From an uncultured Nitrososphaerota archaeon (lineage in GTDB: Archaea; Thermoproteota; Nitrososphaeria; Nitrososphaerales; Gagatemarchaeaceae): a stretch of DNA of 64,000 bases. The notes beneath the pieces are model-generated. The model ran no database searches. It saw nothing but the letters and a program-made list of their open reading frames with translations, and was not told the origin of the DNA. Shown here piece by piece: positions 8,581 to 17,972 of this stretch. The stretch covers positions 1,248,001-1,312,000 of the forward strand of contig OY969807.1 of NCBI GenBank assembly GCA_963703285.1. Reading direction: 5' to 3'. The position numbers were made by a program, and so were the translations under genes. The first letter of the stretch is position 1. Each line of letters begins with the position of its first letter.

Positions 8581-9327
8581 CTACCTCTCTACCTCCACCG
8601 ACGTTCTAGCCAACCTCTTCCTGCCGGTCTTCCTCGGTGCTATAAGCCCTACCTTCCTTCCCGGAGGAGCGTTCCTCGAGGTGCTCGTCGACTTGCCCGG
8701 GTGCTGGTGCCTTCCTCCCCCGAACGGGTGGTAGACCACCGCCATCGCAATCCCCCTCATTCTCGGATACGGCCTTCCAGCTGCCTGCATCGCGTGGTAT
8801 CTGGGGCCGGCGCGCATGAACGGCTTCTCGAGCCTCCCCCCGCCGGCTATCTCGCCGACCGTCGCTCTGCACCTCTCGTCCACGAGTATGCTCTTGCCCG
8901 ACGGGAGCCTGAGTATCGCCTTGCCGTTCCCCTTGGAGAAGAGGACCGCCGAGCCGCCCGAGGCCCTCACGAGCTTGCCCCCGTCGCCCACCCTTAGCTC
9001 GATGTTCGATATCCTCGTTCCCTCCGGGATGGTATGGAGGGGGAGGATGTTGCCAGTCGAGACGGGAGCCCCGGAGCCCAGGGAGATCTGGTTGCCGACG
9101 GCCAGTCCGCTCACGGCGGGGATGTACGCGTAGCTTCCGGTTCCGTATTCAAGCTGGGCCAGGGGGGCCGTCCGACCCCTCTCGTCCAGTATCGCCTTGA
9201 CCAGGAGCTTCTGCTCCCCTTCGGTGGGGAGGTTCGGGTATCTGACGGGTGCGATCTTGCCCTTGTGCGGAACGCGCCACTGTATTCCGCCCTTCCCCCG
9301 CCTTCTCTGCAGGATTCTCTTGCCCAT
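8581..9327 (-). CDS. rpl2p: 50S ribosomal protein L2 (uL2)
   Basis: MGKRILQRRRG, HPFGGGRHQH, PPGRKVG. Confidence 0.97.
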   Translation of the reverse strand: MGKRILQRRRGKGGIQWRVPHKGKIAPVRYPNLPTEGEQKLLVKAILDERGRTAPLAQLEYGTGSYAYIPAVSGLAVGNQISLGSGAPVSTGNILPLHTIPEGTRISNIELRVGDGGKLVRASGGSAVLFSKGNGKAILRLPSGKSILVDERCRATVGEIAGGGRLEKPFMRAGPRYHAMQAAGRPYPRMRGIAMAVVYHPFGGGRHQHPGKSTSTSRNAPPGRKVGLIAPRKTGRKRLARTSVEVER

Positions 9328-9331
9328 CTCG

Positions 9332-9598
9332 TTACACCAATCCCAGCTTCGTGGCGAGCGTCGCCGCGGAGTTCTCCTCGGTCAGTCGCACGAAGGCCTT
9401 CTTTCCCTTCAGTGTCCTCGTCGTGTTCACACCCCTCACCTTGACCTCGTAGAGCGCCTCGATGGCGCCGGCTATCTGGCTCTTGGATGCGGAGTCCACA
9501 ACGATGAAGCAGAGCTTGTTCTCCTTCTCTATCTGTTCGAACGTCCTCTCCGTGAGGTAGGGCCTCACGACTATCTTCTGCGCGTCTTCAAGCCTCAA
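9332..9598 (-). CDS. rpl23p: 50S ribosomal protein L23 (uL23)
   Basis: PYLTE..ENKLCFIV..VNT..KKAFVRL; operon position. Confidence 0.95.
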   Translation of the reverse strand: MRLEDAQKIVVRPYLTERTFEQIEKENKLCFIVVDSASKSQIAGAIEALYEVKVRGVNTTRTLKGKKAFVRLTEENSAATLATKLGLV

Positions 9599-10400
9599 CC
9601 TTCATCTCAACCCCCCTGCTCCTCGAACCCAGGACGTCGAGCGACGACTCGGTCCAGAACGTAAGCCTCCCCGCGGTTCCCGCCGGCGCCAGATCCAGGA
9701 GCGACAGGCTGTCGACAGAGACGACCTTCACCCCGGGAATCGCCTCGGCGGCCCTTCCTACCCCCCTGTCGTTGGTCACGACGATCAGCGGTCCTATGGG
9801 TTCCTTGTAGACGCGGCCCCTCATCCTCGGCTTGCCGGACCGCCTCTTCACCCCTCTGTAGAGGCGGCGGAGCTCGTCGGTGAGCCCGACCTTCTCAAAG
9901 AACGAGTGGAGCTCCGAGGTCTTGGAGACGCTCTCGATGTCGTCTGAGACCACCAGGGGCAGCTCCAGGGCGCCTAGGCGGTGGCCCCTCCACGCTACCG
10001 CCGCCGCGTCCGCCGTAAACGCGATGGCCGTCTCGAGAGCCAGCCGCTTCTCCTTCTTGTTGATCTTGCTGTAGATGACCTTCTCGGACTTCGAAGGGTG
10101 CGGGAGCCGTCCTCCCACCACGCTTGCAACCCCCGCGGCCTGTCCGGAGCGCCTGCTCCGTTCTCCCTTCACCCTCGGGACGCGGGAGACGCCGCGACCC
10201 GTAGGAGGCCAGCCGCTCTCGGCGCTGGTCTTCTCCCCAGCCTCGGGGTCCCTCCCGTAGGGCTGAAGGCCGTGGGACCGCAGCAGCCAGAAGGCGCGTA
10301 TCACGATGTCGGGCCTGAGCGGGCGTGAGAAGACCTCGGGGGTGGCCACGTCCTTCGTCGGCTTACCTTCGAGGTCGAGTAGCTTGGCCATTCGGCTCAT
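9588..10400 (-). CDS. rpl4p: 50S ribosomal protein L4 (uL4)
   Basis: True start MSRMAKLL overlaps the rpl3 stop; TGRGVSRVPR, LAPAGTAGRLT motifs. Confidence 0.95.
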   Translation of the reverse strand: MSRMAKLLDLEGKPTKDVATPEVFSRPLRPDIVIRAFWLLRSHGLQPYGRDPEAGEKTSAESGWPPTGRGVSRVPRVKGERSRRSGQAAGVASVVGGRLPHPSKSEKVIYSKINKKEKRLALETAIAFTADAAAVAWRGHRLGALELPLVVSDDIESVSKTSELHSFFEKVGLTDELRRLYRGVKRRSGKPRMRGRVYKEPIGPLIVVTNDRGVGRAAEAIPGVKVVSVDSLSLLDLAPAGTAGRLTFWTESSLDVLGSRSRGVEMKVEA

Positions 10401-11392
10401 CTGCCAACCCTCGTGCTGAGCTCGATGACCTGCACGGGTGATGTCTTGCCCTTGACCGCGCGGACGGGGTGCCTGACTACGACGACCCTCTTGGTGCTGC
10501 CGGGGACGGATCCCCTCAGGAGCGCGTAGTCGGTCTTCACCTCCCCGAAGTGCATGAAACCGCCCTTCCTGTCGATCGGAGCGTCCTTGGGGTTCGAGAT
10601 GGACAGGATCCTCTTCCCCGTCTCCGTCCGCTGGTGAAACCCGTGCTGCCCTGCCCTCGCGACGGTGTACATCACGGCCGCCGGGTGCCAGGGGCCGATT
10701 ACCCCGACTGCCCTGACCGACTTCCTGGACTTGTGCTGCTTCCGCTTGATCCCCATCCTCGTGACGGGGCCTTCGAACCCCTGGCCCTTGGTTATACCGA
10801 TGACATCGACGTAGGAACCGGCCTTGAAAACGTCTGAAAACTTCACGCCCTTCCCTATCAGCTTGGTGACGTAGTCCAACTGCGCCTGGGCGTCTCCGCC
10901 GCCCACGCCGACCTCCAGGACGATTGGCGCCTTCTGTGAGAGCCCGACGTCTCGGGGCACGATCGCCACGAGCGCTGTCACCCTCGCTATCGACCCAAGC
11001 TTGGGCTTCCACTCCTCGGCGAACTTCTCCGGCTCGACCGCACTCTTGAGGTCGAGGCCCTTGGGGAGGGTCTTCGCGTAGACCTCGCCGACGGCCCTGT
11101 CCGCCCCGTTCTCGCGGGAGTAGAGCCTGAGGCCGACGACGGCCGTCTCCGGAACCGCGAGGACGCTCGTCGGGTTGAAGAGAGGCTTCCCGAAGTTGGG
11201 TGTCTTCTCCCTGTCGTCGAGCGTGATGCTGTGCATCGTGCCCACCTTGACGGCCGGAAGACCGAGCAGGATGGGGGACGGGGCCTTTATCTTGGCCCAC
11301 GTATTGACGCGGGGGACGAAGCTTCCAGCGCGTGCCCTTGGTATGAAGGCAAGACTGCCCCTCCTTGGTGCGCTATGTTTACGGTGGCCCAC
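10397..11392 (-). CDS. rpl3p: 50S ribosomal protein L3 (uL3)
   Basis: MGHRKHSAPRRGSL, GITKGQGFEG, GQHGFHQRTE. Confidence 0.97.
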   Translation of the reverse strand: MGHRKHSAPRRGSLAFIPRARAGSFVPRVNTWAKIKAPSPILLGLPAVKVGTMHSITLDDREKTPNFGKPLFNPTSVLAVPETAVVGLRLYSRENGADRAVGEVYAKTLPKGLDLKSAVEPEKFAEEWKPKLGSIARVTALVAIVPRDVGLSQKAPIVLEVGVGGGDAQAQLDYVTKLIGKGVKFSDVFKAGSYVDVIGITKGQGFEGPVTRMGIKRKQHKSRKSVRAVGVIGPWHPAAVMYTVARAGQHGFHQRTETGKRILSISNPKDAPIDRKGGFMHFGEVKTDYALLRGSVPGSTKRVVVVRHPVRAVKGKTSPVQVIELSTRVGR

Positions 11393-11431
11393 GCTAGAAC
11401 ACTGTGGAGTTTACCCCGATTTTCCATTAGC

Positions 11432-11445
11432 CTTTAAACTTTCGG
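11432..11445 (-). promoter_or_regulatory. Putative BRE/TATA of the rpl3 operon
   Basis: Minus strand CCGAAAG-TTTAAAG about 40 nt upstream of the rpl3 start, directly next to the IS481 TSD. Confidence 0.6.
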
Positions 11446-11460
11446 GTTTTCCCGAGACGG

Positions 11461-12501
11461 TGTGCTATCCCGAAATGAGTTCGCCCCTTTCTAGCTCTTC
11501 TGGGCATGGTATGTCTCTCCCGATTCCTCGTCCGTCACCATCCCTTCCTTGTCGGGCATCTTCCTCAGGTATGCCTGGTAAGGGGTCTCGATGACGTCCA
11601 GGTTCAGCGACATGTGCGGTCTCGTCACGTTGTACCACTCCATCAGCTCGTCGATGCTGCCGAAGAATCGGCGCTTGTCCTTGACCGTCCTGAAGAAACG
11701 TTCCACCTTCCCGTTGGTCTGCGGGTGTGACACCCTCGATAGGACCTGCCTGATCTCGCTCTCGATGAGGTACTTCTCGAACGCCGTCAGCCCCCTCAGC
11801 CTGTCGCCAGCCTCCACGGCGTAGAACTGTATTCCCCTGTCCGTGAGGATCGAGGCGGGCTTCCCGTGCTTCTTGATGGCTTCCTTCAGCACCTCCACGG
11901 CGTGCTCCGACGTCGCCTCGGGGAACAACCCGTACCCGACGATGAACCTTGAGGCATCGTCAAGGTATGCGATGAGCCATCCCATACCCTCGATGAGGGT
12001 CCAGTCCGTGTGCCAGAGCGAGTTCGAGTACTTCCTCTCGTATCGTACCCACTTCCTCCTCCTCTGCTTCCTCGGTTCGTCCCTCGCGAGTCCCATCGAC
12101 CTCATCACCCTGTGGATGCGGTTGTGAGGTATGTGCGTCGCGTAGTTAACCTCGATGACGCGCTCGAGGACGACCGCTCCCGCCCTGTGCCTTGCGTAGG
12201 CCTCTGCGACGACCTTCGACTCTTGTTCAGTCGCCTCGACGCGCTTCCTTCCCGGCCTCTTCAGCTCTGGTATCGCACCTGTCGTGCGATAGGACGCGTA
12301 GAGCTCCTGGACCCTCCTCACCGAGACCCCCATCGAGCTCGCTATCGCGGAGTTCCTCATCCCGTCCTCCTTCTGCCTGACGATCCACGCTACTTTGATG
12401 GGATCGAGCTTCATGTAGACGTAGAAGCGTCTTCCCCTGTTCCATACCCACCTCGCTCTAATCTTGATGGCAAGGGGGTGAACCAATTTCAGGATAACAG
12501 A
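11461..12501 (-). mobile_element. IS481-family insertion sequence (1041 bp)
   Basis: Imperfect TIRs TGTGCTATCCCGAAATGAGTTCGCCCCTTT / TCTGTTATCCTGAAATTGGTTCACCCCCTT; 15-bp TSD GTTTTCCCGAGACGG at 11446-11460 and 12502-12516. Confidence 0.9.
11491..12414 (-). CDS. IS481-family transposase (rve integrase core)
   Basis: N-terminal HTH; WHTDW, LTDRGIQF, PQTNGKVERFF; likely start MKLDPIK. Confidence 0.9.
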   Translation of the reverse strand: MKLDPIKVAWIVRQKEDGMRNSAIASSMGVSVRRVQELYASYRTTGAIPELKRPGRKRVEATEQESKVVAEAYARHRAGAVVLERVIEVNYATHIPHNRIHRVMRSMGLARDEPRKQRRRKWVRYERKYSNSLWHTDWTLIEGMGWLIAYLDDASRFIVGYGLFPEATSEHAVEVLKEAIKKHGKPASILTDRGIQFYAVEAGDRLRGLTAFEKYLIESEIRQVLSRVSHPQTNGKVERFFRTVKDKRRFFGSIDELMEWYNVTRPHMSLNLDVIETPYQAYLRKMPDKEGMVTDEESGETYHAQKS

Positions 12502-13324
12502 GTTTTCCCGAGACGGTCAGGAGGCCGAGGAGATAGAGCGCGGAGGCGATGGACTCCTCGGTCCGCACGGTCGCGACGTGCTGCTCAGGGTAGAGGTTCA
12601 CGACGAGGCCGACCCTCTTCCTTAGGTCGGGTATCGTCTCGTGGAGACCCCGGGAGGGGGATCCAAAGAGGACGACGACCGAGTCCGAGCCTGTCAAGCG
12701 CCGCCGCAGCGTCTCGAGGCTGTCGGCGAGGGGCTCGCCCAGGCGCGACGTTGCGAGCTTGAGCCGGAACCTCGGGTCGGAGAGGACCTGGTCCACGCTC
12801 CTCTCCTCGACGGAGTACCCCCAGTACTCGTCGGAGCTGTTCCGGTCGGAGAGGACGCCCTGGAGCGGTCTGACCTTCGTCACCTTCACCGTGACCCTTC
12901 TGAAGGGTCCCGAAGTCCGGACGAGCTCCAGCGGGATGTCGAGCCCGATGTCGACCGACCTCCCGTCCTCTAGCACGAATCCCTCCCTGAGCTCTCCGGG
13001 ACGGAGGGTCTCGACGGGAACCTTGGGCTTGTGTGACGGGATCCTGAGTGGAGGCAGGAGGCCCGCGTACCTCAGCGACTCGTCGAGGGGGAAGAGCCTC
13101 TTCCTCAGGTACTGCGGTGTCTCGAGGTACTCAAGGACCCGCCTCATCAGCGCGGACTCGCCGCGGCCCCGCGGGTCGCGGAAGATCTGGACGAGATCGA
13201 CGCCGAAGAGGGAGCACGACCTCGCAATCTGTCCTAGCTTGACGGTCTTCTCCCTCAGCGAGTCGTGGTCCTCAAGGACCGTGTCGGGGATGGCGATGGA
13301 GAGCTTCCTACCAGCCAGCGTCAA
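12458..13324 (-). CDS. SPOUT RNA methyltransferase (DUF171/SPOUT1-like), C-terminus altered by IS481
   Basis: KLGQIAR, LEYLETPQYLRK, AGLLPPL..P.H, FGSP..GL, QHVATVRTEE; conserved location upstream of rpl3. Confidence 0.9.
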   Translation of the reverse strand: MTLAGRKLSIAIPDTVLEDHDSLREKTVKLGQIARSCSLFGVDLVQIFRDPRGRGESALMRRVLEYLETPQYLRKRLFPLDESLRYAGLLPPLRIPSHKPKVPVETLRPGELREGFVLEDGRSVDIGLDIPLELVRTSGPFRRVTVKVTKVRPLQGVLSDRNSSDEYWGYSVEERSVDQVLSDPRFRLKLATSRLGEPLADSLETLRRRLTGSDSVVVLFGSPSRGLHETIPDLRKRVGLVVNLYPEQHVATVRTEESIASALYLLGLLTVSGKLCYPEIGSPPCHQD

Positions 13325-13408
13325 GGGTCGTCACCAGTCGCAGCCTCGATAGACCTCGACATCCCCAGACGCACCTTTAACTATCTTACCTCCTCATCGA
13401 CCAGACGG

Positions 13409-13837
13409 ATGTCCGAGAGGGACAAGATAGAGTACGAGCTTCGCGGGAAGACCCTGAAGATCTACCTCTACATGCTCAAGCAGGGCAGGCCGGTCGGCGT
13501 GAGAGAGGTCCAGAGAGACCTGCAGCTCTCCAGCCCGAGCGTGGCGTTCCACCACATCGAGAAGATGGTCAGGCTGGGGGTGGTGGAGCAGGACCAGATG
13601 GGAGACTACGTCATAGCGAAGAAGGTCGACCCCGGCATACTCCAGGCATTCGTCAACGTCGGGAAGTTCAGCCTGCCGAGGGTCGGGTTCTACGCGGTCT
13701 TCTTCTCGACCATCGCAGCCGCATACTTCGTCTCCAACCTCAGCTCCCTGGACGTCTACGCGCTCATCGGGACGGTGGGAGGGGCCGCGGTCTTCTGGTA
13801 CGAGCTGCTCAGGATATGGAGGAGGAAGTCGTTCTAG
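13409..13837 (+). CDS. Winged-helix protein with two C-terminal TM helices
   Basis: LRGKTLKIYLY..GVREVQRDLQLSSPSVAFHHIEKMV..G wHTH followed by two hydrophobic segments. Confidence 0.8.
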   Translation: MSERDKIEYELRGKTLKIYLYMLKQGRPVGVREVQRDLQLSSPSVAFHHIEKMVRLGVVEQDQMGDYVIAKKVDPGILQAFVNVGKFSLPRVGFYAVFFSTIAAAYFVSNLSSLDVYALIGTVGGAAVFWYELLRIWRRKSF

Positions 13838-13875
13838 ATGTTAGGATTAAGAGGCGTCGGGTGGGATGTGACGCC

Positions 13876-14256
13876 ATGAACAGGGGGAACGCCCTGCTGG
13901 GCGCCTCGGCGGGGCTGGCGCTGGCCGTGGTCCTGATAGTCGGGGTGGCCCTGGCTGGGGGATGGTCGGCGCACATAGACCTGATCAAGACGAGCAGCCC
14001 GGGCGCTGCCACGAGCGAGGCCTCTACGCCGGGCTCGCAGTCGGGGACCGCCGTCTCACCTAACACGGGCGGCGAGGCCGCGCAGACGACCACCACGACG
14101 ACCGCCAGCTCGAGCGGTCCGCCGGTCTCGTCCATCAACGGGCTGGAGAGCCACGCAGGCTCCACCATAGGGGTCCTGCTGCTACCGATTGTGCTCGGGG
14201 CGGTTCTGGGTATGGTGTTCTTCGCGGCCTACGGGAGAAGAATCGGCAGAGAGTGA
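13876..14256 (+). CDS. Hypothetical membrane protein with Thr/Ser-rich linker
   Basis: N- and C-terminal hydrophobic helices flanking a low-complexity segment. Confidence 0.65.
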   Translation: MNRGNALLGASAGLALAVVLIVGVALAGGWSAHIDLIKTSSPGAATSEASTPGSQSGTAVSPNTGGEAAQTTTTTTASSSGPPVSSINGLESHAGSTIGVLLLPIVLGAVLGMVFFAAYGRRIGRE

Positions 14257-14258
14257 GC

Positions 14259-15833
14259 CTAGCCGGCCACTACCGTCTGCGACTGTTCCCTCAGGTACGA
14301 GAGGAGGTAGTTGGGTCCCCCGACGCCCTTGCCCGTGGCGCCGCTCGCGCGCCAACCCACGAAGGTCTGGGCACCCGGCCAGGCGCCGGTGGTCGCCCCT
14401 CCCTTTCTGTTCGCGTAGACCACGCCGAACTGGATCTCGTCGAGGAACCTGGCGATTTCCGCCTCGTCTTCGCTGAAGATGCCGGCTGTGAGCCCGTAGT
14501 CGGTGTCGTTTGCCTTCCCTAGGGCCTCGTCAAGTGTCTTGAACTCGTCGACGACGACGAAGGGGACGAAGAGCTCCTCCCTGAACAGCCTGTTCCCGCT
14601 GGGGACGTCGACCGCGACCGTCGGCTCGACGTAGAATCCCCTGCCGTAGAGGCCCCTCTTCAGGGTGTGGCCGCCTGCGAAGATCCTCCCCTTCTTCTCC
14701 GCCCTCCTGACCGCGTCCTCGAAGGTCTCGACCGCCGCCTTGCTGATGACCGGGCCCATGAAGGCTTCCTTGGCGCGGGGGTCCATCACGCGTATCTCCT
14801 TGACGCGCTTCTTCAGCGAGGAGAGGAACGCCTTCTTCACGCTACGCTGCACGTAGACCCGCGACGCGGCGCTGCACTTCTGCCCGCTGTAGCCGAAGGC
14901 GGCCCGGACGACCCCCTCTACGGCCTTGCCCAAATCTGCCTTCGCGGTTATTATCACAGGGTTCTTCGAGCCCAGCTCCATCACGACCGGCTTTATCCAG
15001 GGGCCCTGCTCCAGCCCGTGGTAGAGCCGCTTCCCAACGTCCATCGACCCGGTGAACGCGAGTCCCGCGACGTGCCGGTTCCTCGTGAACTCGCTCTCGT
15101 ACTCGGCCCCGGGACCCGTGACGAAGTTCACCGCGCCCGCCGGGACGCCCGCGTCCCTGTACGCCCTGTAGAGCATGAGTCCGGTGAGTGGCGCCGCGCT
15201 CGTGGGCTTGAGGACGACGGTGTTCCCCGTGATCAGTGCCCCGCTGGCCATCCCGTTCGCCAGCATGAAGGGGAAGTTGAAGGGGGATATCACCGGCCAG
15301 ACGCCGTAGGGCTTCATGACCATTGTGCAGTCCTCTCCGGGCCCTCCCGGCCCCATCTTCTCGATGTAACCCCCGTTCTCCTGCATCGAGGCGGCGAAGA
15401 CGCGGATCGCGTCCATCGCTTCCCAGACCTCCGCGAGCGCCTCGGTCCGGTTCTTCCCGACCTCGTAGCTGATGACGGCCGCGATGTCGAACTTCCTCTG
15501 GTCCATGAGCTCGGCCGTCCTGAGGAGAATCTTGACGCGTTCCTTCCAGGGGGTCCTGCTCCAGGCCGGGAAGGCCCTGCGCGCCGCGCCGACGGCGGCC
15601 TTGGCGTGCTTCTTGCCGCCGAGCGGGAAGTAGCCCACCACGATGGAGGTGTCGATGGGACTCCTCACCGCGAACTCGCCGTCCTTTGACTTCACCTGGT
15701 CGCCTCCAATCTGCATCTTGTAGTGCTTGCCGAGCGACTTGGAGAACCTCCTGATCGCCGCCTCGTACTTGGGATGAATGCTCTCGTCTGCGAAGAGCGT
15801 CACGTAGGTTATCTTTGACGCCTGATTGGCCAC
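14259..15833 (-). CDS. Aldehyde dehydrogenase (1-pyrroline-5-carboxylate dehydrogenase-like)
   Basis: SPFNFP, FTGS, MELGSKN, GYSGQKCSA, EELF, GLTAG motifs. Confidence 0.85.
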   Translation of the reverse strand: MANQASKITYVTLFADESIHPKYEAAIRRFSKSLGKHYKMQIGGDQVKSKDGEFAVRSPIDTSIVVGYFPLGGKKHAKAAVGAARRAFPAWSRTPWKERVKILLRTAELMDQRKFDIAAVISYEVGKNRTEALAEVWEAMDAIRVFAASMQENGGYIEKMGPGGPGEDCTMVMKPYGVWPVISPFNFPFMLANGMASGALITGNTVVLKPTSAAPLTGLMLYRAYRDAGVPAGAVNFVTGPGAEYESEFTRNRHVAGLAFTGSMDVGKRLYHGLEQGPWIKPVVMELGSKNPVIITAKADLGKAVEGVVRAAFGYSGQKCSAASRVYVQRSVKKAFLSSLKKRVKEIRVMDPRAKEAFMGPVISKAAVETFEDAVRRAEKKGRIFAGGHTLKRGLYGRGFYVEPTVAVDVPSGNRLFREELFVPFVVVDEFKTLDEALGKANDTDYGLTAGIFSEDEAEIARFLDEIQFGVVYANRKGGATTGAWPGAQTFVGWRASGATGKGVGGPNYLLSYLREQSQTVVAG

Positions 15834-15860
15834 GAATTTTTTCGGGACGCTCTAACCTAA

Positions 15861-16523
15861 TTAAGGATTTGCGGACTGTCGGACGAGGGAGTCCGTCGGC
15901 GGCGGCGTCTCTACCAGGTCGACGTCGAAGACCCTGGAGAAGCTGTCTGCCACCTGCCTCTTCACGAGCCCCATGTCGAGCTTTCTCCCCCTGAGAGCCT
16001 CCATCGACGTCATCACATCCGGGTCGAGCCCGCAGGGCCGGATCAGGTGAAAGTAGCTCATGTCGGTGTTGACGTTGAGGGCGAATCCGTGGTAGGTGAC
16101 CCAGTTGGTCACCGCCACCCCGATGGAGGCGAGCTTCTTGTTCCCCACCCAGACGCCGGTGTGTTTCTCCCTGCGGCCTGCTTCGATCGACGAGGCCGAG
16201 GCGGCGAGGATGAGGACCTCTTCGAGCGAGCGGACGAAGTTCCTCACGTCCGGCACCTCCATCTTGATGATCGGATACCCCACCAGCTGGCCGGGACCGT
16301 GGTAGGTGGCGTCGCCGCCCCTCTCCACCTGGAAGACAGGGACGCCAAGCGGCCTGAAGTTCTCCGCCGTGGTCTTCCTGCCCAGCGTGACCACGTGCTC
16401 GTGCTCGACCAGGATGAGAGTGTCGGGGATCTGCCCCCTAGAACGGGCTTCGACGAGGGCCTTCTGCAGCTCCCAGACTTCGGCGTAGGGCCTCGTCCCG
16501 AGGTCGACCAGGGAGGCGCTCAT
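15861..16523 (-). CDS. lipB: Octanoyltransferase LipB
   Basis: EH..V.TLGR, RGGDATYHGPGQLVGYP, KLASIG, HGFALN, IRPCG; start MSASLVDLG. Confidence 0.92.
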   Translation of the reverse strand: MSASLVDLGTRPYAEVWELQKALVEARSRGQIPDTLILVEHEHVVTLGRKTTAENFRPLGVPVFQVERGGDATYHGPGQLVGYPIIKMEVPDVRNFVRSLEEVLILAASASSIEAGRREKHTGVWVGNKKLASIGVAVTNWVTYHGFALNVNTDMSYFHLIRPCGLDPDVMTSMEALRGRKLDMGLVKRQVADSFSRVFDVDLVETPPPTDSLVRQSANP

Positions 16524-17917
16524 GGTCTCAGCTGGTGTATCGGTCTGCCTGAGGCCGACTCCGAGGCCTCCATAATCGCCTCCGGAAGGGTCGGGTGGGG
16601 ATGGATGGTCAGCGCCAGGTCCTCCACGGTCGCTCCCATCTCGATGGCCAGGGCGGCCTCGCTTATCAGGTCCGAAGCCTCGGTTCCGACTATCTGTACC
16701 CCTAGCACCAGGCCGGAGCTGGTCTCGGAGACCACCTTCACGAAGCCATCGGTCTCCCCTGCCGCGACGGCCCTCCCCAGCGCCGCGAACGGGAACCTCG
16801 TCTTCTTCACTTCGTATCCGGTTTCGACCGCCTCCTTCTCGGTCAGGCCGACCCCGGCGACCTCGGGGTCGGTGAAGATCGCCCAGGGGATGACGTTCCA
16901 TCCCGCCGCCGTCTTGAGGCCCGCCGCAGCCTCCGCTGCCACGATCCCCTCCTTCTGTGCCTTGTGGGCCAGGAGCGGCGTCCCCCTGACGTCGCCTATT
17001 GCGAAGACGGACGGCGCGCTCGACCTCATCTGGTCGTCCGTTGTGATGAACCCCTTGGCGTCGAGCTTGACGCCCGCCAGTTCGAGCCCCAGACCTGCAG
17101 TGACCGGCTTCCTCCCCACGCTGACGAGAATCACCTCCGCGTCCAGCTTGGCCTCGCCCTTCGGTGTCTCCACCGTGGCCAGGACGCCGTCCGCGGTCTT
17201 CTCTACCGAGACAACTTTGGACTTCAGGAGTATCGAGGCGCCCCTCCGCTCGAGGCTCCTCTGGACGTACCTTACGAGTTCGGGCTCCGTCCCGGGGAGC
17301 AGCTGGTCCATGACCTCGACCACCGCGATCTGCGACCCGAGCCGCTGGTACATGCCTGCGATCTCCAGCCCGATGTATCCGCCTCCGACCACGAGGATCT
17401 TTCTGGGGAGCCTCTTCAGCTCCAGCGCCTCCCTCGAGGTCAGCACGGTCCTGCCGTCAATCTCGAGGCCCGGGAGCGAGGCGGGGCTCGAGCCGGTCGC
17501 CACGACAATGTGCTTCGTCGAAAGGTCCTCCGTCCCGCCCTCACTCTTCACCCGGACGACGTTCTGTCCGGCGATCGTCGCCTCCCCCTTGATCACCTCG
17601 ACCCCGTAGCCCTTGCAGAGGTTGGCGACCCCCGTCTCCATCGTCCGGACCACCCCGTCCTTCCAGGATTGCAGCGCCTCGAAGTCTATCGACAGCCCTT
17701 CGGCGCGGATGCCGAACCTGGAGCCCTCCTTCACCTTGTCGAAGGCCTTTGCGACCGAGATGAGCGACTTGGAGGGGATGCAGCCCGCGATGAGGCACTC
17801 GCCCCCCAGGCGCGCCTTCTCGGCGAGGACCGTCTTGAGGCCGAGCTGGGACGCCCTGATGGCGCAGACATAGCCGCCGGGCCCACCGCCTATGACGACG
17901 AGGTCTACATCTCTCAA
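16520..17917 (-). CDS. lpdA: Dihydrolipoamide dehydrogenase (E3)
   Basis: GGGPGGY, GGECLIAGCIPSK, GGGYIGLE, HPHPTLPE. Confidence 0.95.
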   Translation of the reverse strand: MRDVDLVVIGGGPGGYVCAIRASQLGLKTVLAEKARLGGECLIAGCIPSKSLISVAKAFDKVKEGSRFGIRAEGLSIDFEALQSWKDGVVRTMETGVANLCKGYGVEVIKGEATIAGQNVVRVKSEGGTEDLSTKHIVVATGSSPASLPGLEIDGRTVLTSREALELKRLPRKILVVGGGYIGLEIAGMYQRLGSQIAVVEVMDQLLPGTEPELVRYVQRSLERRGASILLKSKVVSVEKTADGVLATVETPKGEAKLDAEVILVSVGRKPVTAGLGLELAGVKLDAKGFITTDDQMRSSAPSVFAIGDVRGTPLLAHKAQKEGIVAAEAAAGLKTAAGWNVIPWAIFTDPEVAGVGLTEKEAVETGYEVKKTRFPFAALGRAVAAGETDGFVKVVSETSSGLVLGVQIVGTEASDLISEAALAIEMGATVEDLALTIHPHPTLPEAIMEASESASGRPIHQLRP

Positions 17918-17972
17918 CGGAAGCTTCGCGTCCCGGCGCGTTCCAATCTCCTTAAACGTTCCTGAGGACCGG

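Noticed and set aside
10401-11300. 570-aa ORF implying a long N-terminal extension of L4
   Set aside because: The extension is an alternative frame of rpl3; L4 homology starts at 10400
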